Positions 37,038-45,314 of a DNA stretch of 64,000 nt are shown here, piece after piece. How positions within the stretch are numbered: the stretch's first letter is position 1; the number at the start of each line of letters is the position of its first letter. A program made the translations under genes and the position numbers. This stretch comes from a virus: the IMG/VR virus record IMGVR_UViG_3300027619_000001, one strand, 5' to 3'. The notes under the pieces were generated by a model. It saw only the letters and a program-made list of their open reading frames with translations. It was not told the origin of the DNA and did no database searches.

Positions 37038-37192
37038 GCCGCGCTCCCGTTCTTCGCCCGTTTCCTCAGCCTCTCCTGCCCCGCCGCGTTCTTGCATCGA
37101 CGGTCACAATACCTTTGCCGTCGATCCTTCGGGATGAACCACCCGACTGGACACAGTTTCCGTCTGCACCGTCTTGTTTTGGCTTTCTTCAC
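37034..37192 (-). CDS. Basic zinc-finger protein (CxxxxC...CxxxC); start uncertain
   Basis: VKKAKTRRCRRKLCPVGWFIPKDRRQRYCDRRCKNAAGQERLRKR. GTG 37192 lies at the predicted transcription start of promoter 37200..37228. The track ORF extends to 37309. Confidence 0.35.
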   Translation of the reverse strand: MKKAKTRRCRRKLCPVGWFIPKDRRQRYCDRRCKNAAGQERLRKRAKNGSAA

Positions 37193-37199
37193 TTCCGGG

Positions 37200-37228
37200 A
37201 AGATAATCCGATTACTATTCTTTGTCAA
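37200..37228 (-). promoter_or_regulatory. Sigma70-like promoter restarting leftward transcription downstream of the Rep-like gene
   Basis: Minus strand: TTGACA (37228..37223), 17 nt, TATCTT (37205..37200). Confidence 0.5.
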
Positions 37229-37269
37229 GCACAATCTAAAAATAAATTGTGGAAATCCCCGGTTTGCCA

Positions 37270-37297
37270 TTGCATTCCATTTTCCCGGCGATATACT
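37270..37297 (+). promoter_or_regulatory. Sigma70-like promoter for the Rep-like gene
   Basis: TTGCAT (37270..37275), 16 nt, TATACT (37292..37297), about 30 nt before ATG 37328. Confidence 0.45.
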
Positions 37298-37327
37298 TAT
37301 AACGTTCATCCCGGAACAATCTCATTC

Positions 37328-38545
37328 ATGTTATCCCATAAGAAAATTAAGCCATCGTCCCGAAAACCGTCCCATCCGTCGTCCAAACGCAAACCCGTCA
37401 AGTCCATCGGCGACCAGCGCCGCGACGAGATCACAAAATCCCTCCTCGCCAAGATGGAATCCTCCACCGCCCCCAAAGACCAGTACCGCGTGCAACTCTA
37501 CCGGCACCTGTCCCGCTTCCCGCAATCCGGCATGCTCACCGACAACCAACGATTCTTCTTTCTTGCGTGCCAATGCCTCAAGATGGTGGACCGCTGCCCG
37601 AACGACGGCTATGAGGAATTCAAATGGAGAAGGTTTTGCCGGCGCGAGTTCTGGTGTCTGGACTGCGCAGCGTGGAAAACCACCTCGCGCGCGATGCAGT
37701 GGGAACGTAACGTCAAATCCGCATTGCTGATGACCAATCTGTTCCTCGGACCCATGCTTACGCTCGCATGGGACATACCCGAATCCGGTCCCGGCACTGG
37801 CTCCGGCCTCGACCATCTGAAACGCTTCCACAAGTATCTCGAACAGACTTGGCCGGCCAAATTGGAGACCCTTGGAATCGGGTCCGGCAACCGCCGGGAG
37901 GGCGAGCTGGCGCAATGGCTACTTTTTACCTCGTTTGATCCTATATTGCACAAAATACGTGGGTTATACTTCGGACCCCCGTTGAGTACTAGGGCACTTT
38001 CTGCGTATATATATAGTACTAACGCAAAAAGTGCCCTAGTACCTCGGGGGGGTCAGCCGTCCCCTTGGACTCCTAAAAAGGGCAAAGAGGTTTATCTGCT
38101 GGACGAGGAAAAGTCCCCGGTCAAGGCCGCATCCAAATTTTTTGAGCGTATCCGAACGGGAATTGATTGGACGCTGGGCTCTCCGCACGCACTACTCGAA
38201 CTCGAACCCAAGCGGGCGTTTGAACTCGACTCTCAATATGGCCACCGCCATCTCACCAGCGCGCGCGGAGCGGTGTACGGATTGAACGAAGCCGCAGCCT
38301 TCATCGAAGGCGACACTCCGATCCAGACCGAACTCAACGTGCTCAAGTTGTGCGCGGATGGAAATGTGGATCTGGTATCGGTCGATCCGGTCAAACTCAT
38401 AGGCAGCGTACAGACCACCCAGACCGCGCCAAAAACCGACGCCGGATCGTTGTCAGGAGATGACTTTCAATCCGGCGTCTGCGGTACGTGCGGGGGGCCG
38501 CTTGATAGAACGTGCGTCCCGGTGGAGCCGAGTGGCACGAGCTAG
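37328..38545 (+). CDS. RepSA-like replication-initiator candidate, the only rightward gene inside the leftward block
   Basis: ATG 37328 (the track ORF starts at 37001). CRREFWCLDCAAW, MLTLAWDIPESGPG and GHRHLTSARGAVYG resemble, from memory, the C.RR...C..C, fLTLTaPsfG and GHf.tKSRrYS boxes of actinomycete RepSA-type initiators. Confidence 0.4.
   Translation: MLSHKKIKPSSRKPSHPSSKRKPVKSIGDQRRDEITKSLLAKMESSTAPKDQYRVQLYRHLSRFPQSGMLTDNQRFFFLACQCLKMVDRCPNDGYEEFKWRRFCRREFWCLDCAAWKTTSRAMQWERNVKSALLMTNLFLGPMLTLAWDIPESGPGTGSGLDHLKRFHKYLEQTWPAKLETLGIGSGNRREGELAQWLLFTSFDPILHKIRGLYFGPPLSTRALSAYIYSTNAKSALVPRGGQPSPWTPKKGKEVYLLDEEKSPVKAASKFFERIRTGIDWTLGSPHALLELEPKRAFELDSQYGHRHLTSARGAVYGLNEAAAFIEGDTPIQTELNVLKLCADGNVDLVSVDPVKLIGSVQTTQTAPKTDAGSLSGDDFQSGVCGTCGGPLDRTCVPVEPSGTS
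37974..38054. repeat. 81-nt imperfect inverted repeat (27 bp pairable) with a TATATATA-containing loop, inside the Rep-like CDS
   Basis: GTACTAGGGCACTTT (37986..38000) pairs perfectly with AAAGTGCCCTAGTAC (38028..38042). Inner stem TGCGT/ACGCA (38002..38006 and 38022..38026). Outer stem GACCCCC/GGGGGTC (37974..37980 and 38048..38054). Loop atatatatagtacta. Confidence 0.8.
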
Positions 38546-38548
38546 CGG

Positions 38549-39133
38549 TCAGCGCTTCTTCGATTTCTTTTTCGGCTTGGGCTTACTCCCGTCGCCGCTC
38601 CCTCCCTTCGCTCTCTTCTTCGCACTCTTCTTGTTCGCGCGCCCGCTGCCTACCTTCCGTTTCCGCATCGGTCTATCGGTGGGCACGCGCCGCTCTGCTT
38701 TGAACCTGGCCGCCGTATCGTCCATGACCTTGGCGGCGTCCCCCGTGAGGTCATCCGATACGACATTCACATCGGGTCCGGGTGCGGCCTCGGGTTCCGG
38801 CTCCGGCTCCGGCTCCAGTTCGGGTTCCGGCTCCAACCCCTCCAACTCTTCCGGCGACCACTCGTCGTTCTGTTCGCGCTCCGATTCCTCTTCCGGCCCA
38901 TCGGCCTGCTCGAATATCTCCCGATCGGCATCGTCCACGAACACCGACGCCGCATCGGCATCCATCTCCCGTTCGCCATCCAGATACATCCTCTCCCGGT
39001 CGGCTGTCTGTGCGTCCGGTATGTCATCCCTCAAGCCAACCGGCACGTATCCGTTCTCGTCGGCCATCGGGTGACTGCTGTCCCGTTCGTCGTTGCGAAA
39101 CCATCTCCCATTGCCACTGCCACGATTACTCAT
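38549..39133 (-). CDS. Highly charged protein (acidic EPEL repeats, Lys-rich C-terminal tail)
   Basis: ATGA coupling at 39133. EPEPELEPEPEPEPE is encoded by ggctcc/ggttcc repeats at about 38785..38830. The tail is KKSAKKRAKGG...KPKPKKKSKKR. Confidence 0.5.
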   Translation of the reverse strand: MSNRGSGNGRWFRNDERDSSHPMADENGYVPVGLRDDIPDAQTADRERMYLDGEREMDADAASVFVDDADREIFEQADGPEEESEREQNDEWSPEELEGLEPEPELEPEPEPEPEAAPGPDVNVVSDDLTGDAAKVMDDTAARFKAERRVPTDRPMRKRKVGSGRANKKSAKKRAKGGSGDGSKPKPKKKSKKR

Positions 39134-39462
39134 TGCGATTGTTCCTCCGTTGATTGAATTTTCACTGCCGCTGCCATTGCCTTACACGCGGGGCATATCC
39201 TAGCCAAACTCCCCGTGCGCTTGTTGTTTCTCAGTCCCTTCATTCTCCTCTCATCCTTCCGTCCACCCGGCCACGTCCTCACCAGCATCATCACGCATCC
39301 GGATTGCGCCGCCGCTGTCAACATCTTGACCCCGCTCTCTCCGCGTCGATGACTGGCTACTCTGACCTGAATATCATCGCTGAACCCGAGATAGTGGCCA
39401 GCGTGTTTGTACCTCGGCTCGAAATGCAGGAGATAGATTCCGTGTTTGCGCGGTCTGCTCAT
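39130..39462 (-). CDS. GIY-YIG nuclease-domain protein
   Basis: HGIYLLHF...YKHAGHYLGFSDDIQVRVASHRRG matches the GIY...YxG...R...H pattern. C-terminal CPACK. Confidence 0.6.
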   Translation of the reverse strand: MSRPRKHGIYLLHFEPRYKHAGHYLGFSDDIQVRVASHRRGESGVKMLTAAAQSGCVMMLVRTWPGGRKDERRMKGLRNNKRTGSLARICPACKAMAAAVKIQSTEEQSQ

Positions 39463-39465
39463 AGG

Positions 39466-39798
39466 TCAGAATCCGATATCGTGCCCGTAACAGGTATAAC
39501 TGCAATAAGCGTGATGCGCGTAGAAATACGCATCGGCCTCGGATACGACAGTCCGACAATACTCACACTCAATGTTCCCGTCGTACTCTTCGTATTCGGC
39601 TCCAATTCCCTTTGTCGGGAACTGTTTCACGCTCGGATCGACAATCGCGCCGTCCGTCCTCACACACCACCAATGCGCCTGCTTCCCCCACATCGGGCAG
39701 TGGTACCAGCCGCGCACCAGTCTCAGTGTCAAATCCTTAGCGCACTCGGCCTCGGCCAACTCTTTGCACTTGCCGCGAAACTCCAGATAGTCGCTCAT
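39466..39798 (-). CDS. Cys/His-rich hypothetical protein
   Basis: ATGA coupling at 39798. CEYC...CSYTCYGH. Confidence 0.45.
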   Translation of the reverse strand: MSDYLEFRGKCKELAEAECAKDLTLRLVRGWYHCPMWGKQAHWWCVRTDGAIVDPSVKQFPTKGIGAEYEEYDGNIECEYCRTVVSEADAYFYAHHAYCSYTCYGHDIGF

Positions 39799-40112
39799 GC
39801 ATCGAACCCCGTCTCCGCGTCCCCGCTTGCATTCTCGCTTCCTCCTACCCCTACCACCCTCACCCTGTACATCGGCCACTCGTCGAACAACATCCTCTTC
39901 AACGTCTCAACATCGGTATGCGAATTCACCGCCGGGCTATCCACCCACGCGCCATCAGAGAAATCCGCGCGCATCATATACGCGTACCCCGGCGGTCCCG
40001 GCTTGACTTCGATAGTGAGTGGGCTAACCTTACACGCCCCGATCAACGTCCCCGGCCCGCTCACTGTCACCGTCCCCTGTCCGGGGAGATGGAGATAGTT
40101 GGATAATTTCAT
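39795..40112 (-). CDS. Hypothetical protein
   Basis: 105-aa ORF, coupled. Confidence 0.45.
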   Translation of the reverse strand: MKLSNYLHLPGQGTVTVSGPGTLIGACKVSPLTIEVKPGPPGYAYMMRADFSDGAWVDSPAVNSHTDVETLKRMLFDEWPMYRVRVVGVGGSENASGDAETGFDA

Positions 40113-40795
40113 CAGACGGTCTCCAGTGCCATCGCTTGATTCAGTCTCTTTGCCGTCGCTATCGCCTCACTCAGCTCCTCAGCCTGGCACACCTTGACAG
40201 TAAACTCGCCATTCAGGCTATCCCGCTCACCCACCCGCCAACTGTCCTCGCTCCCGCCGCCAAACACTCCGAATCGCGGAACTGTAGGCGCACTCTCCAA
40301 CTGTTCCACTCTCACCCACGTCCCCCCGAACGCCGCCCTGTCCTCTCTCACCACCGCCACTCCCGTAAATTCCCCGTCCTCGATCACCCAATCGTCCGAC
40401 CGCATGCTGGCGACCGCCACTCCGGTGATCTCGAAACTCAATCCCCATTTCGTATCCGCTTCGTCTCCGGCTCCGTCTCCGTCTCCGTCTTCGCTTTCGT
40501 TCCCTACCCCGATCGGCCACTCGTCCAATTCGCCGCGGATCAATATGCCCTCGTCTGGGATGGCCTGCGCTTGCACCACAGTGCCCAAATTCGAGCGATC
40601 ATCGCCCCAATGACCCTTTCCACCCCCCGATACGCAAATCGGCTTCCCAACGAGCGTATGCGCGATCACGCCGGCTACTCTTCCCGGCACCACCACGCGA
40701 TGCCCTCTTGCACCCAGTGGCGCTCGCCTGCTCACCACATCCACCGGGCACACGATGCCGGTAAGCGAACATCGGTATCGGGTATCGGCGCTCAT
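40112..40795 (-). CDS. Hypothetical protein
   Basis: 227-aa ORF with an acidic GDGDG insert. Confidence 0.5.
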   Translation of the reverse strand: MSADTRYRCSLTGIVCPVDVVSRRAPLGARGHRVVVPGRVAGVIAHTLVGKPICVSGGGKGHWGDDRSNLGTVVQAQAIPDEGILIRGELDEWPIGVGNESEDGDGDGAGDEADTKWGLSFEITGVAVASMRSDDWVIEDGEFTGVAVVREDRAAFGGTWVRVEQLESAPTVPRFGVFGGGSEDSWRVGERDSLNGEFTVKVCQAEELSEAIATAKRLNQAMALETV

Positions 40796-41079
40796 AGCAC
40801 TCCCGCTTTTTGCAGCAACTCTTTCAACTGCCGATCAGGTCCGATGGCGTTGTACAGACCCAGCAGGTATTCGGCCATTTCCCACGCCGCCGCAATCAGT
40901 TTGCCGTTCGCTTCGTCCTCTTCCGGCGAAATGCAGTGGTGCCGATTCAACGTATCGGCGACCGGGTAGCCAAAGTCCCCATTGATGCCGTTGGGAACTT
41001 TGCCGTGCGCTATCTGATAACTACCATCGCCATCTTTCGCTGAATCGTGCTTCCAAGGTCCCTGACTGTACTTGGCCAT
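40792..41079 (-). CDS. Ead/Ea22-like small phage protein
   Basis: RBS ggagga. MAKYSQGPW...EANGKLIAAAWEMAEYLL resembles the GPW...ANA.LIAAAP pattern of that family. Confidence 0.45.
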   Translation of the reverse strand: MAKYSQGPWKHDSAKDGDGSYQIAHGKVPNGINGDFGYPVADTLNRHHCISPEEDEANGKLIAAAWEMAEYLLGLYNAIGPDRQLKELLQKAGVL

Positions 41080-41086
41080 AACCGTT

Positions 41087-41392
41087 CTATCCTCCGTTTC
41101 CATTCACTCTCGATTTTTCCCAATCCCTGGCTCTCGCGCTGATAGGCCGGTGCGTCCGCGATATTTCCTCCAACGCCTCGGCTCGTGTCGCCTTTTCATT
41201 TGCCATCAATGTCTGCCGCAACTCCGCCAGCGTCCCCCAGCAATGACTCGGACATTGATGAAGCTCTGCGAGTGACTTCCTTCCAGCCGTCGCCATGTAA
41301 CTATGCCCTTTAGATCCGTAGCATCTCGTTCTACAGATCGGACACCTACTGTCGCATGGCTCGCTCTTCGTAATCTCGGCCAGGGTACTCAT
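41087..41392 (-). CDS. Cys-rich hypothetical protein
   Basis: ATGA coupling at 41392. CDSRCPICRTRC. Confidence 0.45.
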   Translation of the reverse strand: MSTLAEITKSEPCDSRCPICRTRCYGSKGHSYMATAGRKSLAELHQCPSHCWGTLAELRQTLMANEKATRAEALEEISRTHRPISARARDWEKSRVNGNGG

Positions 41393-41517
41393 TTCGTGAG
41401 CCACCAGATAAACGCAATCCATCCCGGTGCCACGATCAACAGCCCGTTCCTTACTCCCCTGAGCATCGCGATACAGTCCTGTCTGGTTACAAACGGATCA
41501 TCACGTTTACGCCGCAC
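41389..41517 (-). CDS. Small membrane peptide (42 aa)
   Basis: GTG 4 nt after gaggagga. C-terminal TM LLIVAPGWIAFIWWL. Confidence 0.35.
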   Translation of the reverse strand: MRRKRDDPFVTRQDCIAMLRGVRNGLLIVAPGWIAFIWWLTK

Positions 41518-41557
41518 AATTCCTCCTCGGTTGAGATTCACCCGCGCCCCAACGGAC

Positions 41558-41806
41558 CTAACCAAAGATGTGCCAAACGAAAGGTTGAATGTGTGCGGTC
41601 CCCAAATAGGCCAAGCCTCCCGGCACAGCATGGCCCGTTCCGACAATTGCGAATCGGCGCATGACAGTTCCGGCGTTCGGGTTCACAAGCGCCCACAACG
41701 TTATAAAGCCCGATTGCGCGGCCACATGCAGCACCTTAGCGCCCACGGGCATAATAATCTCAACCTGATCGTCAATCTGCTCGACCTGATACTTATAGAT
41801 CGTCAT
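41558..41806 (-). CDS. Small hypothetical protein
   Basis: RBS aaggag before Met MTIYKYQ. The track ORF is over-extended to 41944. Confidence 0.45.
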   Translation of the reverse strand: MTIYKYQVEQIDDQVEIIMPVGAKVLHVAAQSGFITLWALVNPNAGTVMRRFAIVGTGHAVPGGLAYLGTAHIQPFVWHIFG

Positions 41807-41847
41807 GATTTCTCCTTTTTCCCTTCCCTTGGTCCCTCCCTCTTGCC

Positions 41848-42018
41848 TTACTCGGTTGGGAAGTCGCTCGCATCCACAAATTCCTCGATCAGATTTGCCG
41901 CCAAGTGCAACCTGTCGCGCATGTTCTCGCGATCCTCGGCCCACTGCCGCAGATATCGCACGAGTTCAGACTTCTTAGATACCTGTCCTAACGTTGTTTT
42001 CCTAGCCTCAATTGGCAT
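41848..42018 (-). CDS. Small hypothetical protein (56 aa, not in the track)
   Basis: Own translation: MPIEARKTTLGQVSKKSELVRYLRQWAEDRENMRDRLHLAANLIEEFVDASDFPTE*. RBS ggagag. Confidence 0.4.
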   Translation of the reverse strand: MPIEARKTTLGQVSKKSELVRYLRQWAEDRENMRDRLHLAANLIEEFVDASDFPTE

Positions 42019-42076
42019 AACTTCTCTCCGTCCGGTTGAGATTCACCGCCCGTCTAACTCCGTCACTCGGACGGAC

Positions 42077-42307
42077 TCAGCGATTTACCCTCTGGATAAG
42101 TCGGTCGATGGCTGTACTAGTCAGCGCGTTACCGTGCTCCAAGGCAATATCCGCGAAGTCAACAGGAACACCTTCGTTGTCGGTCATATCGTCCGTCACG
42201 TCCGCCTGCCACATCCGCAGGGCTGCGATGATGGTGTCAAACTCCCTTTCTGATACATCGAACGCGATACGTCGTGCCATAGTCTCCTCCGTTGAATCTC
42301 CGGTCAC
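42077..42307 (-). CDS. Small acidic protein
   Basis: 76-aa ORF, coupled. Confidence 0.45.
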   Translation of the reverse strand: MTGDSTEETMARRIAFDVSEREFDTIIAALRMWQADVTDDMTDNEGVPVDFADIALEHGNALTSTAIDRLIQRVNR

Positions 42308-42549
42308 TGCCCGTCTACCGCACCCGCCGGTTTGACAATGAAATCAGACCACTTCTCACCATCTTCAGTGATCCAATACCCATTGATGTAATCGGCGATA
42401 TCTTTATCTCCGTCAACTCCGGCGCGGAGCGTTGCGTAAGTGACTTGAAACCACTCGAAAGGCCCATAAACCTTACTCTCAGCCTCGCCGTCTGGATGTG
42501 ACTCATTGCGCTCAAAAACTACAACTACTTTGTCGTTCATGTGCGTCAT
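42304..42549 (-). CDS. Small hypothetical protein
   Basis: 81-aa ORF. Confidence 0.45.
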   Translation of the reverse strand: MTHMNDKVVVVFERNESHPDGEAESKVYGPFEWFQVTYATLRAGVDGDKDIADYINGYWITEDGEKWSDFIVKPAGAVDGQ

Positions 42550-42638
42550 ATATTCCTTTCTGACCGGCCCCTCTCTAACTGTCCACAGATCGACCGGGCT
42601 ACAGGTTCCATTCCGCTTCCGGTCTCACTGTCGGCAGT

Positions 42639-43295
42639 CTAGGCCGTGACCGTGACCGTCTCTTTCGCTTCCGTCCACTGACCGCGATGACAATGGCCAG
42701 CGTAGAGCCACGTTTTCGCTCCGATTGGCTTGTAGATCGTTGAGTACGTCGCGCGTCCGGCCACGTGCGAATACGGTTCGCCGATTTGAATCAGATCCGC
42801 ACGATAGCAAGCAGGCGGGAGAACACCAAGAAAGTAATCCGCCATCTCATCGTCTATGGCATCGCCGATGGCGAGGTACTTGTCAAGGTCGCATTTCGCT
42901 TCGTGCCATCCGGATAATGTCTTGACCAGTTCAAACACCCGGCAAGGAATCTTGAAATAGACGCCATTACCGCCCGTGTAATGATCATGATGAAAGAACC
43001 AGAAAGAGCCTTCCATCGTTTCGCCAGTATCGCGCAATTGCGTCTTGGGGACAGCCGGGTCCAATGACCCGCTGAACGACGCATGACCGTCACTGAGAAA
43101 GAAAGACGCATCGCCGTTACACGGATGATTCTTTCCGACCGTAGTTTGAATCCCATCGCCCCAATCGTGAGTGAATCGCCGGACTCCGCCGTCCATCCGC
43201 ACAAAGTCTCCGACTCGCGGGCCTTGGACTTCATCGAACAACCGTTGACGTTCGGCTAGTATTTCCGCGTCTCGCGCATCGAATTCAGGTCGCAT
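42639..43295 (-). CDS. Hypothetical protein
   Basis: 218-aa ORF with no motif recognised. Confidence 0.5.
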   Translation of the reverse strand: MRPEFDARDAEILAERQRLFDEVQGPRVGDFVRMDGGVRRFTHDWGDGIQTTVGKNHPCNGDASFFLSDGHASFSGSLDPAVPKTQLRDTGETMEGSFWFFHHDHYTGGNGVYFKIPCRVFELVKTLSGWHEAKCDLDKYLAIGDAIDDEMADYFLGVLPPACYRADLIQIGEPYSHVAGRATYSTIYKPIGAKTWLYAGHCHRGQWTEAKETVTVTA

Positions 43296-43376
43296 TGTAG
43301 ATTTCCTTTCCTTTTACTGATATGACCGCTCACGCCAGCACGCCATTCGAGGTATGCCAGCGTCAACCGTCAACCG

Positions 43377-43580
43377 TCATTTCCCGCAACTAATCACCAG
43401 CGTATCGCCCACTTTGACGCCAGTGGGATCTCCCGAATTGGCACACGATATGCCAATTTCCCTCGTACTCAGCCGTTTGTAATTGAGCACGTACCTGGAC
43501 CCCCGTTCGCCCGCGCCGGCGCTACCGGCCAATCCTCCGAGCCCTATCAACATCAACACAACCGCCAATGTGCGTTTCAT
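43377..43580 (-). CDS. Small secreted protein
   Basis: Signal peptide MKRTLAVVLMLIGLGGLAGSAGA. Confidence 0.5.
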   Translation of the reverse strand: MKRTLAVVLMLIGLGGLAGSAGAGERGSRYVLNYKRLSTREIGISCANSGDPTGVKVGDTLVISCGK

Positions 43581-43598
43581 ATTCGGTTCGTCTCCTTG

Positions 43599-43922
43599 TT
43601 AGATTAATTTGTGTTTGTTCAGTACTCCCGCCGATAACTCTTCTCCCTCGCGTTTATGGCACGTCCCCCAAGCCATGAACCACGCGCGGCCATCGACATC
43701 GGACGCAACCTGGCATACTCTCCTCTCCGCTGCCAATGCTTCCCCATGCGTGCGGTAAGGTCCCGCCATGAGGAACACTTTCCCGCCATCGTCAATACAA
43801 CTTACGTAGTACCGGCCATCCGGCGGACAATCTTCCGGAGTACAAACGTGTTCGCGGTCGTCGCGGAGCGCCGTCTGTTTATCGGTCGGAGCGAAACCTA
43901 ATCCGCTAGTGGTGCTAGACAT
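43599..43922 (-). CDS. Hypothetical protein
   Basis: 107-aa ORF. Confidence 0.45.
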   Translation of the reverse strand: MSSTTSGLGFAPTDKQTALRDDREHVCTPEDCPPDGRYYVSCIDDGGKVFLMAGPYRTHGEALAAERRVCQVASDVDGRAWFMAWGTCHKREGEELSAGVLNKHKLI

Positions 43923-44259
43923 GGCTTGCCTCTTTCGCCAGTCCTACTCTGGTATTCAGCGTGAGCACTCGTTCCGTAACCTGTATCCGCGTGACGGACT
44001 GAAAGTCTCCAGCCTTGTCCAAGACTTCCTTGCGTGTTGGTTTGTGGTCAAAGTGATACTCGGTACTGGCCTTGTATCCTGACCATATCAATCCCGATAC
44101 TTTGACATCGTAGCTAGTGAACGTCATAGCGTCATATCCCTTTGGGCTAGTTGCCCGATACGCTCCAAGCTTCCATTCCATCGCATGCCGGAAGCGTACC
44201 GCGCCACTAGGCCGATACCGATTCGATTGCAAAGTCTGCAAATGGCCGCAACGTTGCAA
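43915..44259 (-). CDS. Hypothetical protein (start uncertain)
   Basis: Candidate starts are TTG 44259 and Met 44181. Confidence 0.4.
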   Translation of the reverse strand: MQRCGHLQTLQSNRYRPSGAVRFRHAMEWKLGAYRATSPKGYDAMTFTSYDVKVSGLIWSGYKASTEYHFDHKPTRKEVLDKAGDFQSVTRIQVTERVLTLNTRVGLAKEASHV

Positions 44260-44273
44260 TGCCCGGTAGCGGC

Positions 44274-44585
44274 CTAATCCTCATCTTCGCTTTCTTCCTC
44301 TTCCTCCATCCCCTCGCGTGCATCAGCCAATGCCAGCTCATACGTTTCAAACGGCCCATTCGCTTCGCTGTCCGGCATACACCCCGGCAGACAAGACCAC
44401 CAGTACCACCCCGATCCCCTGCAATCCCCCTCATCGTCTATCACACACTCGCCGTACAACTCCGCCTTGTGTCCGGCATTCAATGCGCACCGTTCCCGTT
44501 TGGCGTGCTCATGGTGAAACACTTCCACATCCGGCAGCGAATGCGGGTCACTCTCACGTTTCGGATTACTGTAAGCTTGCGGCAT
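44274..44585 (-). CDS. Acidic Cys-containing small protein
   Basis: RBS cggagga. It is the first gene after promoter/operator 44615..44641. Confidence 0.5.
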   Translation of the reverse strand: MPQAYSNPKRESDPHSLPDVEVFHHEHAKRERCALNAGHKAELYGECVIDDEGDCRGSGWYWWSCLPGCMPDSEANGPFETYELALADAREGMEEEEESEDED

Positions 44586-44614
44586 TGTTCCATTCCTCCG
44601 TTCAATGATTGATT

Positions 44615-44641
44615 CCTATACGATATCGTTAGATATGTCAA
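44615..44641 (-). promoter_or_regulatory. Promoter candidate carrying the same palindromic operator as 13410..13438
   Basis: Minus strand: TTGACA (44641..44636), then ATATCTAACGATAT (44636..44623), then TATAGG (44620..44615). The spacer is only 15 nt, so this is a weaker core promoter. Confidence 0.4.
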
Positions 44642-44706
44642 GTACAATCTGGGATTGTCTCACGATTCTGTCTGGACTGTTACGACCGAACCGTCAGAAC
44701 GTTCAG

Positions 44707-44919
44707 TCATTTCAGTTGTTTCTGTCTAGACAGAAATTGTCGTATCGCCTTGCGTACCAACGCGCTTATGCCGGTCTCCTCGCGCCGCGCCAGCGATTGC
44801 AATTGCGCCAGTGTTTGCGCGGTGATTCTCACGTTCAATGGCACTTCGATGCCTTGGTAGTCGGAATGGCGCTTAGTGGGCTTCATTGGAGTACCATCCT
44901 GGTTGAGTGTGCCGGCCAT
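44707..44919 (-). CDS. Ribbon-helix-helix (CopG-like) regulator; start uncertain (44919 or 44886)
   Basis: IEVPLNVRITAQTLAQLQSLARREETGISALVRKAIRQFL. Confidence 0.5.
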   Translation of the reverse strand: MAGTLNQDGTPMKPTKRHSDYQGIEVPLNVRITAQTLAQLQSLARREETGISALVRKAIRQFLSRQKQLK

Positions 44920-45271
44920 CGTCGGCGCAATCCTCCGCCGTCCAATAGGTGAACGAGTACCACGTCGCCCACTCTTTAAGAGCAATCGTCATGTTGCCCT
45001 GATAGATCGACTTGAGACCTGTCTCGTTCAGTTTCTCTTGCACGTAACGGTAGCCTGCCGATGTGAGTGGATTGTGGAAGAACACCCCGCACCCTGTGCA
45101 GTGCTCTGGCACATCCGACTCCTCAGTCTCCACCATTGCATCCTTCGGGTAATCGTCCGAGTCATAGGACGAATGGTCTAATGTATCTTCCGGTACGTTC
45201 GCTGATAGCCGTTGCCGGATGGCATCACCGCACCTATTACAGTAGACATCCGCTTGGTAGATGTAGCCCAT
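44873..45271 (-). CDS. Hypothetical protein, first gene of the leftward operon
   Basis: RBS ggagga before Met MGYIYQ. CNRCG...CTGCG. Confidence 0.5.
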   Translation of the reverse strand: MGYIYQADVYCNRCGDAIRQRLSANVPEDTLDHSSYDSDDYPKDAMVETEESDVPEHCTGCGVFFHNPLTSAGYRYVQEKLNETGLKSIYQGNMTIALKEWATWYSFTYWTAEDCADDGRHTQPGWYSNEAH

Positions 45272-45314
45272 TGCTCTGTCCTCCGTTTGTGTATTGCTAT
45301 GTATTACGTAAGAC

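Noticed and set aside
38785-38830. Short tandem DNA repeats: ggctcc/ggttcc at 38785..38830 and ctgttc x4 at 18531..18555. I considered them as CRISPR-like or regulatory arrays.
   Set aside because: They are in frame inside ORFs and simply encode (EP)n and (EQ)n low-complexity peptides. The units are far too short and lack spacers, so they are not CRISPR arrays.
40112-40795. Possible prohead-protease-like protein.
   Set aside because: The resemblance was only a vague impression. The gene lies in the early leftward block far from the head genes, and no Ser/His catalytic motif could be identified.
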